Assembly (NCBI GenBank): GCA_002633005.1
Contig: NMRA01000289.1
Span: 486,217-550,216, forward strand
DNA: 64,000 bases
Direction of reading: 5' to 3'
DNA from: Phoronis australis
Lineage: Eukaryota; Animalia; Phoronida
Shown: positions 23,701 to 34,629 of the stretch, one piece after another
Numbering within the stretch: the stretch's first letter is position 1
Layout: the number at the start of each line of letters is the position of its first letter
Notes under the pieces: model-generated
Told to the model about the DNA's origin: nothing
Database searches by the model: none
The model's input: the letters and a program-made list of their open reading frames with translations, nothing else
Program-made: the position numbers and the translations under genes

Positions 23701-26700
23701 CGACGACCGGCCGTCGACCGGTCGGCAAATTAGCCGACCGGTCGGCTAAAAATTAGCCGACCGGCAGCCGCCCGCAGTGCCGACTCATAAGGCGACCCCA
23801 CAGCCGACCCTTCAGCCGACCCTTCAGCCGACCCTTTAGCCGACCGGCCATCAGACGACCAGCTGGTCGGCTGCTATTGTTAGGCCAGAGTAGCAGTTGC
23901 CTAATATGTTGTCAGGCTCATACCACTTTGCGTGTCGATGCATATTCGACTTAGCACAGGGTCAAATAAATTAACCTAGTTTTGCTGTCTCGGTTACATG
24001 AGATCACGTCGGTTGTGTAACACCACAACTTCGAAGGTTGAAGGCAAGCGGCATTAGTAAACATTGGATTATGGACAATGCAACAAGTTTTTGATGAAAA
24101 ACGTGAAAGTTTTCTTTACATTTGATCTTTAATTTGACTCCTGACGTTAACAAATTGTATTAGACCGGTTGCTTCCCCGTCATTACAACGCTGTATATTC
24201 ATTTTGTAAACGCGGCTGTTTTCGCAGTCTTCGCCCACAATTGATTTTGTTTTGTGTAACGCCAAACTGCATCGTTTTTGCGTGTTTTAAGTTATTTACC
24301 GGTCTCCTATCACGCACCCATTATGAAGGATTAGTGAGTGAGTTGTTACACCGCGAAGAGTTCTCACTCCGGGGATTTTATTTTCATAGTATTGACCCGG
24401 CGAAATTCACGGTCCAGTATGCCCTAAACCCACGGACTTCTACGGCTCTAACTTCGAAATCCTAATATGGTTACGATTTCCACGAACTATGACGGTGACA
24501 TCAAACACGGAATGACCACTGTTGAGGCTACAGCCAATTGTAGCTTTGCGCATTCTGTTTTCAAGTATCGGTGACGTTAAAATCTGGGCTAGTTACATGT
24601 ACACGTAGGCCCCTATTAGTTGGTCGTTCACGTTGTTCCAAAAATAAACACTTTCTGTCAACAACATATTGACAAATTACGTAAAATAAAACAATTGTGA
24701 ACGGGAAGATGTGAATACGTGGTGAAGAGGTATTGTCTCTGTGGGTGAATCTTTGGTAAAGCGATTGCGCCGATGGCAAAAAATGATAGAAAATACATCA
24801 AGGTGCACTTTTGAGAAGCAAAGCGTCTTGTGATATTGATAGAGTATGATCTGGCCACCTCAGGTAGTAAGTGACGCTGAATGAGAAGTGGCAACTACAT
24901 GTTTGGCTTGTAACGCCACCCCTCCCCGAGTTTCGCCAATTCTAATCAGTCACCACTCGAGATTTGGTTCCGTTTCATTCCTAAAAGCACAAAATAATTC
25001 TTCTGTGCTCAGCTGTAAGAAGAAATACAATTGTTGAAATGGTGCTCAGTCTTAAAAAAGTTTCCATTATGAGAACGCTTTATCAGAAATGCCAAGCACA
25101 CGCGTTTCCGTATGTCCACAAAAGTGCTTTGAACAGTGTTTACAAATTTGTTCATTTCGCTTTTCTACACTGACGACTATGGTCAAAACGGTGTTTTAAA
25201 AAAGTACACTTTTGACGGCATTTTCAAAAAAATATTCTGGTTGATGAATTCACCGAGTCGGTGCCACGGGCAGAAAACGTATCTGCGTAAAGAAAGAGTT
25301 GCGTTTTCAAAACATTCAGAGCATGAGCTCAAGGACTACCTGAAAAAGAAAATAAAACCTAATACCAAACAGAAACTTGTCCGTTGATCATATAGCTCTT
25401 GGAAAACTGTTACCCCGAAGAAATGTGCAAAATACGAACGTCATTTACGGAAGGTTGTACTAGAAGTGATTCGTTGACGGCAGTGGAGCCGCCACGGGAT
25501 AGTAAAAACACGGTGATGTGCAATAGTTAGCTGAATGGAAAGCTGAAGCGGAAAAATTCAGAACACACATTTTCTATTCAGGAATTGAAATCTCTGTAGA
25601 ATCAAAAACAATTGAAAACTTAGTATTACGCCAAGAGAGAATTCTTTTCATGCCCGGAGACTACGCGGTCACCCATTATGCAATGATGGCAATCCAGTGT
25701 GTACCTGTACATTGGCATCTATTGTAAAACGTGGATTAGACGAAAGAAATTCAACTGCATTTCCAAGATAATATGTCTTGTCGGCAAGAGGTTGAAATTT
25801 AGCCCTCGTTTATACGTATAGTAAGAACATTATCACTTTGAAGGATCAATGCTTGGGGATGGTGACGGGGTGTTCTGGCGTGTAAAGTTACTGACNAATG
25901 GCGTTACAACGCGACGGCAACAAACATGTAAATTACTTTTTATAGCGACGTACAATTCAGTTAATGTTAAGATATAGCAATAATAATTATAAACACGAAT
26001 TTAGAGCATATTGTTGTTCAGATTGGTTGAGACCTTGCAATTTACACTTTAATGTTTTAAACGGCTTTAGGTGGGGCAACATGTTGATTTACATGTACAT
26101 GTACACGTAGGAGCCAATTTTGAAGCTCGTAAATGAATTTGGTGCGTATGTCATTTTGTCATTAAAGAGTAAGCAACAGTATTTTGTTAAACTGAAATTC
26201 AGTTATTTATTTTCCGAAAAACGTGGTTGGATAATAAACCAAATAAGCTAGTTGTCTTGGATCGTTTTCCATAAAAAATCTCATGATAAACTTTCATGAA
26301 ACAGAGTCAGAATAGGTACATAACGTTTAAGACAGCAAGTGCCTAAATTAACACTGAAATAGTAAGTATGCAGCACAAACTTTGTCAGTGGACCGTGATT
26401 TGTGGGAGTTTAAAAAATAGTTTTCATGGGTATTTGCACATATTTCATAGGAGTAAATTTCAAATCTAAATAGCTCATGTGTATAAGGTTGCACAATTTT
26501 CTGTTATTTGACTATTGGATATGGTGAAGGTTATATTTACATTTGAAGTTTGCAAAATCTAGTGATGTGGAAACGGAACGAAAGGAAGGTACGGAAAATG
26601 CAGAGCACGTGGCACTGTGATTGGAAATTCAATGACACCACGAACTCCAAGTCGGTTTTGATAAGACGTGAAATCACGATTTTTAAAAAAGTCCATACAA

Positions 26701-29700
26701 ATCATAATCGGCTTTTCATATTTTCCTTTTTGATCAAACGGAAATTAGGTACTTCGTAATTTTGTCTTTTCACGTTTTTCTTGACAATAGTTTCCCTATG
26801 TTTCCCTAGTTTTTTGAAAATCTGATCTTTATTTATTCTTACAGAACGCAAATTTGGGTGATTTTCGAATACGTATCAAAGATCATGAATTGTTCTTGTA
26901 CATTCTGTATGCCTACAAAAATTCGATTTAATTTTGTGGATCACATCCGTATTTAATCGCCCCTTAAGATAAGTGCTTATGCAGTGCATCCGAAAACAAA
27001 AATGAAATGCATGTAATAACAATTATTCTTTGCAAGGAAACCAGAAGACATCTGGAGGAATCACGAGTGCACCAATTTCAACTCAGCCGGTGCCAAACGG
27101 AGACAATGTTGTGAGTGCAGACAGACGAGACTGCTCGCACGTTTCAAATCTACACATTTCAAAAGAAGCCAACGACCCAGATCGCGAATGTAAAGGATGG
27201 TCGGCTGGTGGCCTCTGCGGAAACAGTTACATGCAAAAAATGTGCCTCAAGACCTGCACCTGTGAAACGTGTAAGCTTCCTGTACGACATTTTTAACTTA
27301 ATTGTTGCCAAAAACACCGCGCAATGAAATATTATACTCGAAAGATCGTGTAATAAGTTACATGTAACTGAGAGGAGATACACGTACTTTTATTATTAAT
27401 AGGTAAATAAAACAACAAGAATGGATCAACTGAAATTTCCGGATGTAATAAAGTTCTTTGTCAACAGAAACAACAGAAATAAATATAGATTATTACATGG
27501 CGAAGTCGTTATCCCCCGTTATCTAGAGCCCGAGTGGATTTTGGAGAATTATCGCCCGAGGGGCGTTAGCCCCGAGGGTGATAATTCTCCAAAATCCACG
27601 AGGGCTCTAGATAAGGGGGATAACGGCTGAGAACATGTAATAATCTATTTATACCACATACTAAACGAGAAACGTTGCAATGAATCGATTTACCTTTTCT
27701 GACTCTCCACGGCTTTGTAACTACTTTCTATGTCAGAGGCCCGGGGTCGGAGGTCGTGACCTTTTAAGAAAAGCCCGGTTATTTTTGTCAAATATTGCTT
27801 TTACTCAAAACCAATTGAAAACTTAAATATTATAGTTATAAATTAAGGTTTACCAACTATTATAGCTTAAAACACGTTTTTTTTCACGCTAAGCTTCGAC
27901 CGGGAAATAATCGTCTGCTAAAGTAGGTTACCACTGGTAGCTGAATATAATTCTCAAGTCAAAGATCCTGACGACACGATACCAGCATTCAAATTTCCAA
28001 GTAAGAGGACATGAGAGAAAAATTTCACTGAATTAAGATATCATTTTTATGGAAATTATGTGTCTTATTTTTCGTAACGTATAAGTACAGTACAATGCGG
28101 TTTGTTGAACGTGCGATTATTGCGCGTGCTCATTTAAGTATTTTATTTTCACCCTTCATGACGTTAGTCGCTGCGTGGTGTAGTGGTAAAGTCGGCAACC
28201 AGCAATATTAGGTACCCGGGTTCGACCCCGTCCTCGGTTTCCCGCCAAAACGTTATCTCACTAGTGAGATAACTTTATGGGTTATTACACGGTTGTATCT
28301 GCCATTTGACGCTAATATTGTGGTATAAAGTAAAATCAAACGCTATATGACAATTAACATTTAAGATGTGGCGTAATGAATATGATACATTTTGCGTAAA
28401 AAATCAATGATATAATTTAAGAAGTTTTTATGTTCAATCCATCAGGTTCTATTGTATTGAGCTTGTCTATCCAATATTGTTCTCTTTTGAGTCTGTGAGG
28501 GGTACTGGGGTGATGGAGTTTTTCTATTATTTGTACAGAAAGATCTTGCATATTATGGCTTTGCATGTTTCCTTCACTTAATATGTGGTCTGCCGTGTAT
28601 GAGCCCCATGTGCAACTCGAAAACAATCGTAACGGTTTCGTTCCCAACCAATGTCAAGGAAAAAAGGAGACAGGATATCGTTCTGTTTACAGGTTCCCTA
28701 ACCCGATTGGTTGAGACAATTCGTCAGGCTGACCGCTGGGCTTGTAGGCCCCTATAGTCATGTCACCTAATTGGGGAGAACCGAACCAACATTGATGAAC
28801 TCAATATTTTGTTCTAATTTCAAGGTTTTGACGTAGATGAGAGCAACTGTTTGAGTCGGCTATCAAAAGGACAATGTGAACCTTCAAGCGATCATTACAA
28901 GTGGACGTTGAAATATTGCGCAAAATCTTGTGGGAAATGCAAGGAACGTATTGCAAGCATGAGTCAAGGTACACTTTGCGTTTGCATACGAGTGAAGTTG
29001 CCATCCCGCCCGTCAGCTACTGTGAGGACCCCCACTCCCCAAATGCACTCTGTTGACACTTGTAACAGAGCTAGGTGATGGTTTCTATTACCTTGACAGC
29101 CCCGAGAATCGATTCATGTTTCCTGGATAAATCCTTTTTCTTTTATTTTGGAGATGTAACTTGAAAAATTTCACCGAAACATATCAGAATCTGACCTACC
29201 GCCAGCTCCCCGCTCCCTTGCGAAATGTCGTCAAACAAACAAGAAATTTTAACCGGCAATGTTTTGTTTGTCAGGTAACATGGCGACTTTGAAAAGGTGT
29301 GCCAAGAATGCTGCGTTCTGATTGGCCAGTTAAGCCGGCACTCAAAATCCTGGTGATAGGTGAATTTTGACGTTACCCATTGGGAATTTCAATTTTTGAT
29401 TAAGATGTCCACGTCTGTCAACTACGGACATAACGGCTTGACAAGTTATGGTCACGTGTACTTTGATCAAGATTTTAGTTGTTGTTGTGAAGGCTGCAGG
29501 ACTTATTTTGGTGAGCACCAAGCTATCTGACGGCGATCCACAAATCAGAGAGGAGTAGAGTCACCGTTTGGTCATTGTTTTCGGCTGATTCTTGTCAAAC
29601 TGTTTGCTACATGTATGTCTTAAGGAAATTTAACCTAAAGACATAAGATGGGCATGCACGGGAACCAAATGATTTACAATTTATTTTGACCATACTGATT

Positions 29701-32700
29701 TTAGCTTGTCATTATTGTATGACTGGTGTGCATTGGTCCGCTGTATTTCCGGCAAAATTAATTGGACTGCCGTAGTACAGTGGTTTTGACAAGATGTTGA
29801 TTAGGCTACTTTTTTAATTGATATACTTTTTGGTTAGTTCTTCAGTGATCAGTGTGGACACTCAATGGAAACCTCAATCCTTACACTAAATGGATGGCAA
29901 CAGTGATTTTAAATAAATCACCAGACGGGTTTCTTTTGCAATGTTTATTTTTTGTCAAACAATGTTAGACCAGCTTGTAGCAAGTTTATGTTGATATGTT
30001 TTTACTGATTTTATCACCACCCTACTGTCCCTACGTGTCTGACGGTATTTTTGTGAAGGAGGAATTTGTCAGGCCAAAAAGTGGAATGATAGGGAGTTGT
30101 CAATGTAATTTGATAGTGTTGTGGTGCGTCTATAAATAATTAACCCTCCAGTTCACTATAAAACATGGTGTTTAATATGTTTCTTACTCTTTCTATCACC
30201 AGCTTTCCCTCCCTATCCAAATGACGGTATTATTTGTGAACGAGGGAGTTGTTACGCCCCAAAGTGGAATGACAGTGAGTATTTTGATAGTGTTACCGCG
30301 TATCTAAAACCTAATAATTATATATCATACGATTTCGACAGGTACCAACATGTAAATAAGAGACAATACAGATATAAGCGTTTAACCTACATCACGAATT
30401 GTTACAGTTATCTCCAACCTTATTAACAAAAAATGGTCATTTTTACAATATTTCACATATGTCAAGTAAAATGCCTTATCTTAATTCTCGGGAAGCTTCA
30501 AATACAAAATATATACTGCGAACTGCACAAACTCGTTGATATTTTTAACTACTTATCCGAGGTCAAAGGTTAAAGGGCTTTCAATCAAATCGAATCTCCC
30601 GCCAGGAATAGAACAGCTTCGTATACCCTCAGTCCTTTTATTCACAAAATTGCCATAACATTGAGTAAACGAGGTGTACTTGCGGTAGAATGGTGCCGGG
30701 GAAAACAAAAGACAAAATGTAGTTTTGATGCATAAGACCGCTGGCGTTTATGGTCATGAACATAGAAAATTCTGAAAAGAGGTAAATCTTCACCCTAATT
30801 CTTTCATTCAATTAATAAACTGACATTTCAATGTTTCGATCTCATGCTAACGACATGCTTTAACCACCGATTCGAGTTTTGCTATCCATTTCTTACTTGG
30901 TTTCGTATCAGTCTCCCAATATGTGACGTGTACAGGCTATGTGTAAAACAATGAACTGTGACGTATTTAGATAAAAGTAGGTCAAATGGTCGCAAACAAT
31001 AGTAAGCGTTAGCTGGGAACGGTAGGTTTTAATAATAATTAAGTTAATTACGCGCGTGCAAAATCATTTGACTGCGAGTAGATGTTGAAATAGCGAACAT
31101 ATTTAAGGCTTGTATAGGCTATGTGTACCGAAAGCAAGCTTTCACCGAATAATGAACAGCCGGACTTTGAGATATTCTCTTGTCCCAGTTTAATCCGCTT
31201 TTTCTCGGCTTTGGCGAATCGATTTCAATTGAACTTATGAACACGAGTTCTCGAAAACAGCTGAATGCATTTCGCTGAAACTTTCCAAATTTAATAGTTA
31301 GCTGTCTGTTTCAAAAAGATTGTTAGGATTTTTGATAAAAAGCCTACTTTTTGCGTAATATAACAAAGACGGATACGACTTCCGTTTTTTGCAAATATAC
31401 CTTACGTTGTGCGAGTTGATTTGTCACAGAAGCCAAACGAAAAGACTAATCGAAAATTCCTTACATAGTTTTTGAGGTAGCTGGTGAAGTTTCGTTTAAA
31501 ACAAGTTGCATTAAAATCGACCGAGGGGTTATTTTGCTATGAATGTGCCTTTTTAAAAATTAAAAATTTGGCTTACAAAGGTTTTTACGTAAAAATGATA
31601 ATCGTACATCAATACAAAAGGTATTTTCATATTCCCTAATACTTTTTTCTGAAAATATATTATTTAACTTGTTGACAAAGCTTAGTTTTTTATGTACGAG
31701 TTAGAATAGAGGCCAAAAAGTGAATGTAGATTTTGTTCAGTACCTACTGGGTGACCAATAAGAGACGCATACATATTTCAAGTGTTTAGCGAATGTGCGG
31801 TTCTGTCTTTTTGCAGGTTGCTGTGACAAGGCTCCAGACTGTGCAGTTCTTGCTGATGTAGCGTGCTTTACCAGCCAAAGCGTACGAGAGAAGTGTCCCA
31901 AATCGTGTGGCTTTTGCTGGCAAAGTAAGTTGAATTTCGTGACCAAAAATATTCGGTGAAAGCCGGTAAAGCCACGATTTCCTAACAGAAGAGTACACGT
32001 ACGAACCATACCGGCACGAAACAGCTGGGGAGCTATTCGTGAACTATACAGCTAACCATTTAGGAGAAAAATAAAAATAATTGTCATACCCATGCTGGAT
32101 CTATTCTTCAGGGCCACAGTTTAGAGTTTTGGAAGAACCTCAGTTTTTAAAAAATGCCATGTTGAATCTTCATCGTTTCTTTGAAAACGTGAACTCATAC
32201 ATCATTTTGAAAAGTCCAAATACGTTTTTGCACAGAGTTTTCACAGAATGTCGATTCAAATTTTGAAATTTAAAATTGGGGAATGCACCAACAATGGAGA
32301 ATCATTTTGCCGATATTTGCGGTTCTCAAGTTGTATGCCACTTGAAAACAATCTCAGCTCTCAGAGGAGAGACCTGATAGAAGGTATGCAGGACTACCCA
32401 GTTCCAATCATGGAATCTATTGTATCGCTGTTTCAGTTTTGAAAATAACATTAAAAGATTTTCAGATTGCAATTTCTGGATAACACTTCTTAATATTGAG
32501 AGAACCCCCTCAGATAGAGTCACCTCTTGGACGGAGGGCGGGGCAGTTGCCGATCTGTGCACAGGAGGCAGTATTCTTGGTGATTATATAATTTTAATTG
32601 CCGGTACTATTTCTAAAAGAATCTCAAGAATAGCACATCTTTTGAAGATTGCTATTAGGAAAGCACGATTGATACGAGGAAAGCAAGATTGGTAAGAGGC

Positions 32701-33638
32701 CAGATATCCGTGAAGAAAGTATTTGTGAAGATTACCATGGCCAAAATTCATGTCTCGCGAATAAACTGGTGATACTTAACGTAGATTCTGTGATTACGGA
32801 TTTCGAGATTAACTTATAAGCCTTGACGATTCCCCAAGTGAATGAACTAAAATTCATGATAACACTAATTTATTTACAATTTTCAACTCAACGTGGGATG
32901 CCCTGCCCCCCATATGCAATGTTTTTAATCTTCCAGTAGGTCTGCTAAAGCTATCTTATAGGAGGGTTAATAAGCAATGCTGTCGGGAAGGGGAAAAACG
33001 AGCGGCGTAGTAGGTTGAGGTAAAGTTTGTGTCAACAGGCAATGGAAAGGTGAAAACTAGAGTTGACCTTAGAGTAAAGCTAAATGGTAGTGGAAGCAAA
33101 AACTGGAGTCTACAGGGGGAAACTTTACATATGTGTCCCCCTTCAATAAAGTAAACATTCCTTTGTTTAGTTGCATATGAAAAAATGTTCCATTGCAGGC
33201 CACACCATGTGCATTATACATGTGCATATACTCTCTGAATACTAAATGAGGTCAGAAACTATCGTCATAGCACCAGCCGTGTATTTTTGCTGTATTTCAT
33301 AAATTGCACATTTCCATGGAATGACTGTTTCCAAATCACAATTCAGTATTTTTGACAACCCCACCTTTGATGTTGTTGTACAGGTAATTGTTTCGGAACT
33401 TTGATTTTCTTTAGCAGTGAGTTGCTGAAATGATTGAATGAATTGCCACAGTCATTTTGGTTGTTTGATCTTATTCGCCCGCTTTTTGATTATAGGTTGT
33501 GTAGATCATGCCCAGTGGAGTGCCATTGATTGCAGGAGTAACCGTCAGTGGTGTCATGGTACGCGGTATGAAGTAGTTAGGATGGCGCGGGATTTCTGTT
33601 CGCTGACCTGTGGTATTTGTAAACCTTGCCCTGTCTAA
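17649..33638 (+). CDS. Probably secreted multi-ShKT protein (4 ShKT domains, about 240 aa); exons 17649-17741 (tentative), 27037-27270, 28825-28968, 31817-31924, 33496-33638; start exon not located with certainty
   Basis: Consecutive phase-1 exons, each with an ShKT Cys pattern, join in frame to TAA at 33636-33638; AATAAA at 33645-33650. Confidence 0.78.
21036..21310 (-). mobile_element. DNA transposase C-terminal relic (Sola3-like, tentative)
   Basis: KGWVWKSSQPARRY...PEDLSKRICSLRNESGENVFAKDYWLIPQQVQSNLLR resembles the GWA..F..WL..QI.SFFSR C-terminus I associate with Sola3-type transposases. The flanking 18-21 kb region looks like decayed element DNA. Confidence 0.4.
21655..23457 (+). mobile_element. 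Truncated Gypsy/Ty3 (Gmr1-like) LTR retrotransposon: putative 5' LTR, PBS and degenerate gag
   Basis: LTR-like end TGACA at 22027, then TGGGGGTCAGTCCGGGA (22030-22046) resembling a tRNA-Pro PBS; gag remnants EREERAHKRELE, KLPRFDEHVDDMDVFLARF, WAVDLSPLLTGKG, ALLHRYELTEDGF, LRDSLIREQF and a broken CFNC..GHLARDC knuckle. It is cut off before the protease. The LTR start is uncertain. Confidence 0.82.
23458..23875. mobile_element. Putative DNA-transposon end (CACTA/CMC-like, tentative) with duplicated 71-bp terminus and GCCGACC subterminal repeats
   Basis: Identical 71-bp copies at 23458-23528 and 23655-23725, followed by dense CCGACCGGTCGG palindromes and CAGCCGACCC repeats; it interrupts the Gypsy gag. 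Confidence 0.55.
23529..23660 (-). pseudogene. Isolated fragment encoding two tandem CCCH zinc fingers (PARP12/ZC3HAV1-like)
   Basis: CTYIKRNGNCSNTTCGFLHICKMWLERGSCKIESCKLGHTF = 2 x C-x8-C-x4-C-x3-H with the LHIC junction; no stops. The first Cys codon lies in the flanking repeat. Confidence 0.7.
25322..25504 (+). mobile_element. Tc1/IS630-like transposase C-terminal relic
   Basis: HELKDYLKKKIKPNTKQKLV..SWKTVTPKKCAKYERHLRKVVLEVI..GAATG matches the pattern of the Tc1-family C-terminus (WHELK..KP..K.EL..FW..C..Y..HL..V...G.AT); contains stops and frameshifts. Confidence 0.75.
27037..27270 (+). CDS. ShKT gene exon: Ser/Thr/Pro-rich linker plus atypical ShKT domain 1
   Basis: NQKTSGGITSAPISTQPVP...DCSHVSNLHISKEANDPDRECKGWSAGGLCGNSYMQKMCLKTCTCET; AAG acceptor and GTAAGC donor. 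Confidence 0.8.
27485..28329. mobile_element. Non-autonomous hairpin-ended element (Crypton-like, tentative)
   Basis: Long imperfect palindrome 27485-27648 centred on CCCGAGGGCGTTAGCCCCGAGGG; TTTATACCACA (27648-27658) is inverted at TGTGGTATAAA (28319-28329). Confidence 0.55.
28167..28240 (+). repeat. tRNA-derived Pol III-like sequence (SINE head or tRNA pseudogene)
   Basis: A-box TGGTGTAGTGG (28176-28186) and B-box GGGTTCGACCCC (28218-28229); no convincing acceptor or anticodon stems. Confidence 0.55.
28417..28600 (-). mobile_element. Penelope-like element GIY-YIG endonuclease C-terminal fragment
   Basis: ADHILSEGNMQSHNMQDLSVQIIEKLHHPSTPHRLKREQYWIDKLNTIEPDGLNIK carries the typical R..RE..WI..L.T..P.GLN motif. 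Confidence 0.85.
28825..28968 (+). CDS. ShKT gene exon: ShKT domain 2
   Basis: CFDVDESNCLSRLSKGQCEPSSDHYKWTLKYCAKSCGKC; the first Cys codon is split by the intron (T|GT). Donor at 28969, or an alternative at 28948 in the same phase. Confidence 0.85.
31817..31924 (+). CDS. ShKT gene exon: ShKT domain 3
   Basis: CCDKAPDCAVLADVACFTSQSVREKCPKSCGFCWQ; TTTTGCAG acceptor and GTAAGT donor. Absent from the ORF track. Confidence 0.88.
32270..32610 (+). mobile_element. Possible LINE AP-endonuclease relic
   Basis: GECTNNGESF ... RVTSW ... DYIILI weakly resembles APE motifs (N.NG..L, TW, IDY); heavily decayed. Confidence 0.3.
33496..33638 (+). CDS. ShKT gene terminal exon: ShKT domain 4 and stop
   Basis: CVDHAQWSAIDCRSNRQWCHGTRYEVVRMARDFCSLTCGICKPCPV*; TTATAG acceptor; AATAAA begins 7 nt after the stop. 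Confidence 0.88.
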
Positions 33639-33644
33639 ATAAGG

Positions 33645-33650
33645 AATAAA
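33645..33650 (+). terminator. Candidate polyadenylation signal of the ShKT gene
   Basis: AATAAA just after the stop, followed by T-rich sequence. Confidence 0.55.
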
Positions 33651-34629
33651 GAGCTTTGTTGAAATTACTTGTTTCAAATCTATTTTCGCTGTATTCATAC
33701 GTTGTTGGGGGAATTAAAACATGTTAACAGTTCACTCGTAACTTTGTTCTTTGCGTACTACTACGCTTCTTATCATTTTTAGCCGTTTCGTGTCTTTAAC
33801 TACATGTAATTATTTCGACCCAGAGCTTTTAGCATTTTAAGCACAGACACATACATACATGTATATGCTTGGTGTCTGCACTCTAATGGAATAGCTTAGC
33901 AAGTAATAGATTTACGCGTGCGGAAGTCTTGGGGCAAAGCAAATACATGAATCGGTGTTTGTAGGGATAGACGTGTGCCAACCTCGCAGAAAACTTAAAA
34001 ATTCCCACTCACCCCGTCGTGAAACGACCGGACACGGTGGTTGCAAAATATGTGGCTCGCATTGCCAACTACTTCCATTTAAGAGAAACAACAAAAACAA
34101 CTTATTTTTCATTGTTTTTTTCCTCTTGAATACTATTCTCTCCTAAAACGCAGATTGTGGCAGCCCTGGCACGCTTTGCAGTGTAATTTTCTCGGACAAA
34201 ATACATGTAGAGGGTCTAGGATCCATTTCACGAAAACTAATTTCAGAAAACAAACCAACCGAGTACAGACCAAGGACAAACATCAAAGGGAAGCTATTTC
34301 ACGAGCACCGGTGGGTTTTAACCTATGCAGTTTATTGTTGACTTAGAGAGCAGACAAACTAACTTTTCCCTACCTCTTGCGAATTCAAAACAACTATACG
34401 AGGGTGTGTGCGTAATAGTCTGATTACAATAATTAACTTGGTCGTGAGACTCTAAATAGAGATGCATTACATCTTGCATACAGTTGAGATCTCGTTTTCT
34501 AGAAAACACTGGTATGGCAGAGGAATATTATGAATGAAAAAACGAAGTCAGGGAAGTAAAGAAACTAAGAAACACATCCAATAGCGATTAGGCGCTAGAC
34601 CAAGGCTCACAGATGACACAGACTTCAAT

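Noticed and set aside
28167-28240. Functional tRNA gene
   Set aside because: A and B boxes are present, but the cloverleaf stems do not pair convincingly and the sequence lies inside a repeat.
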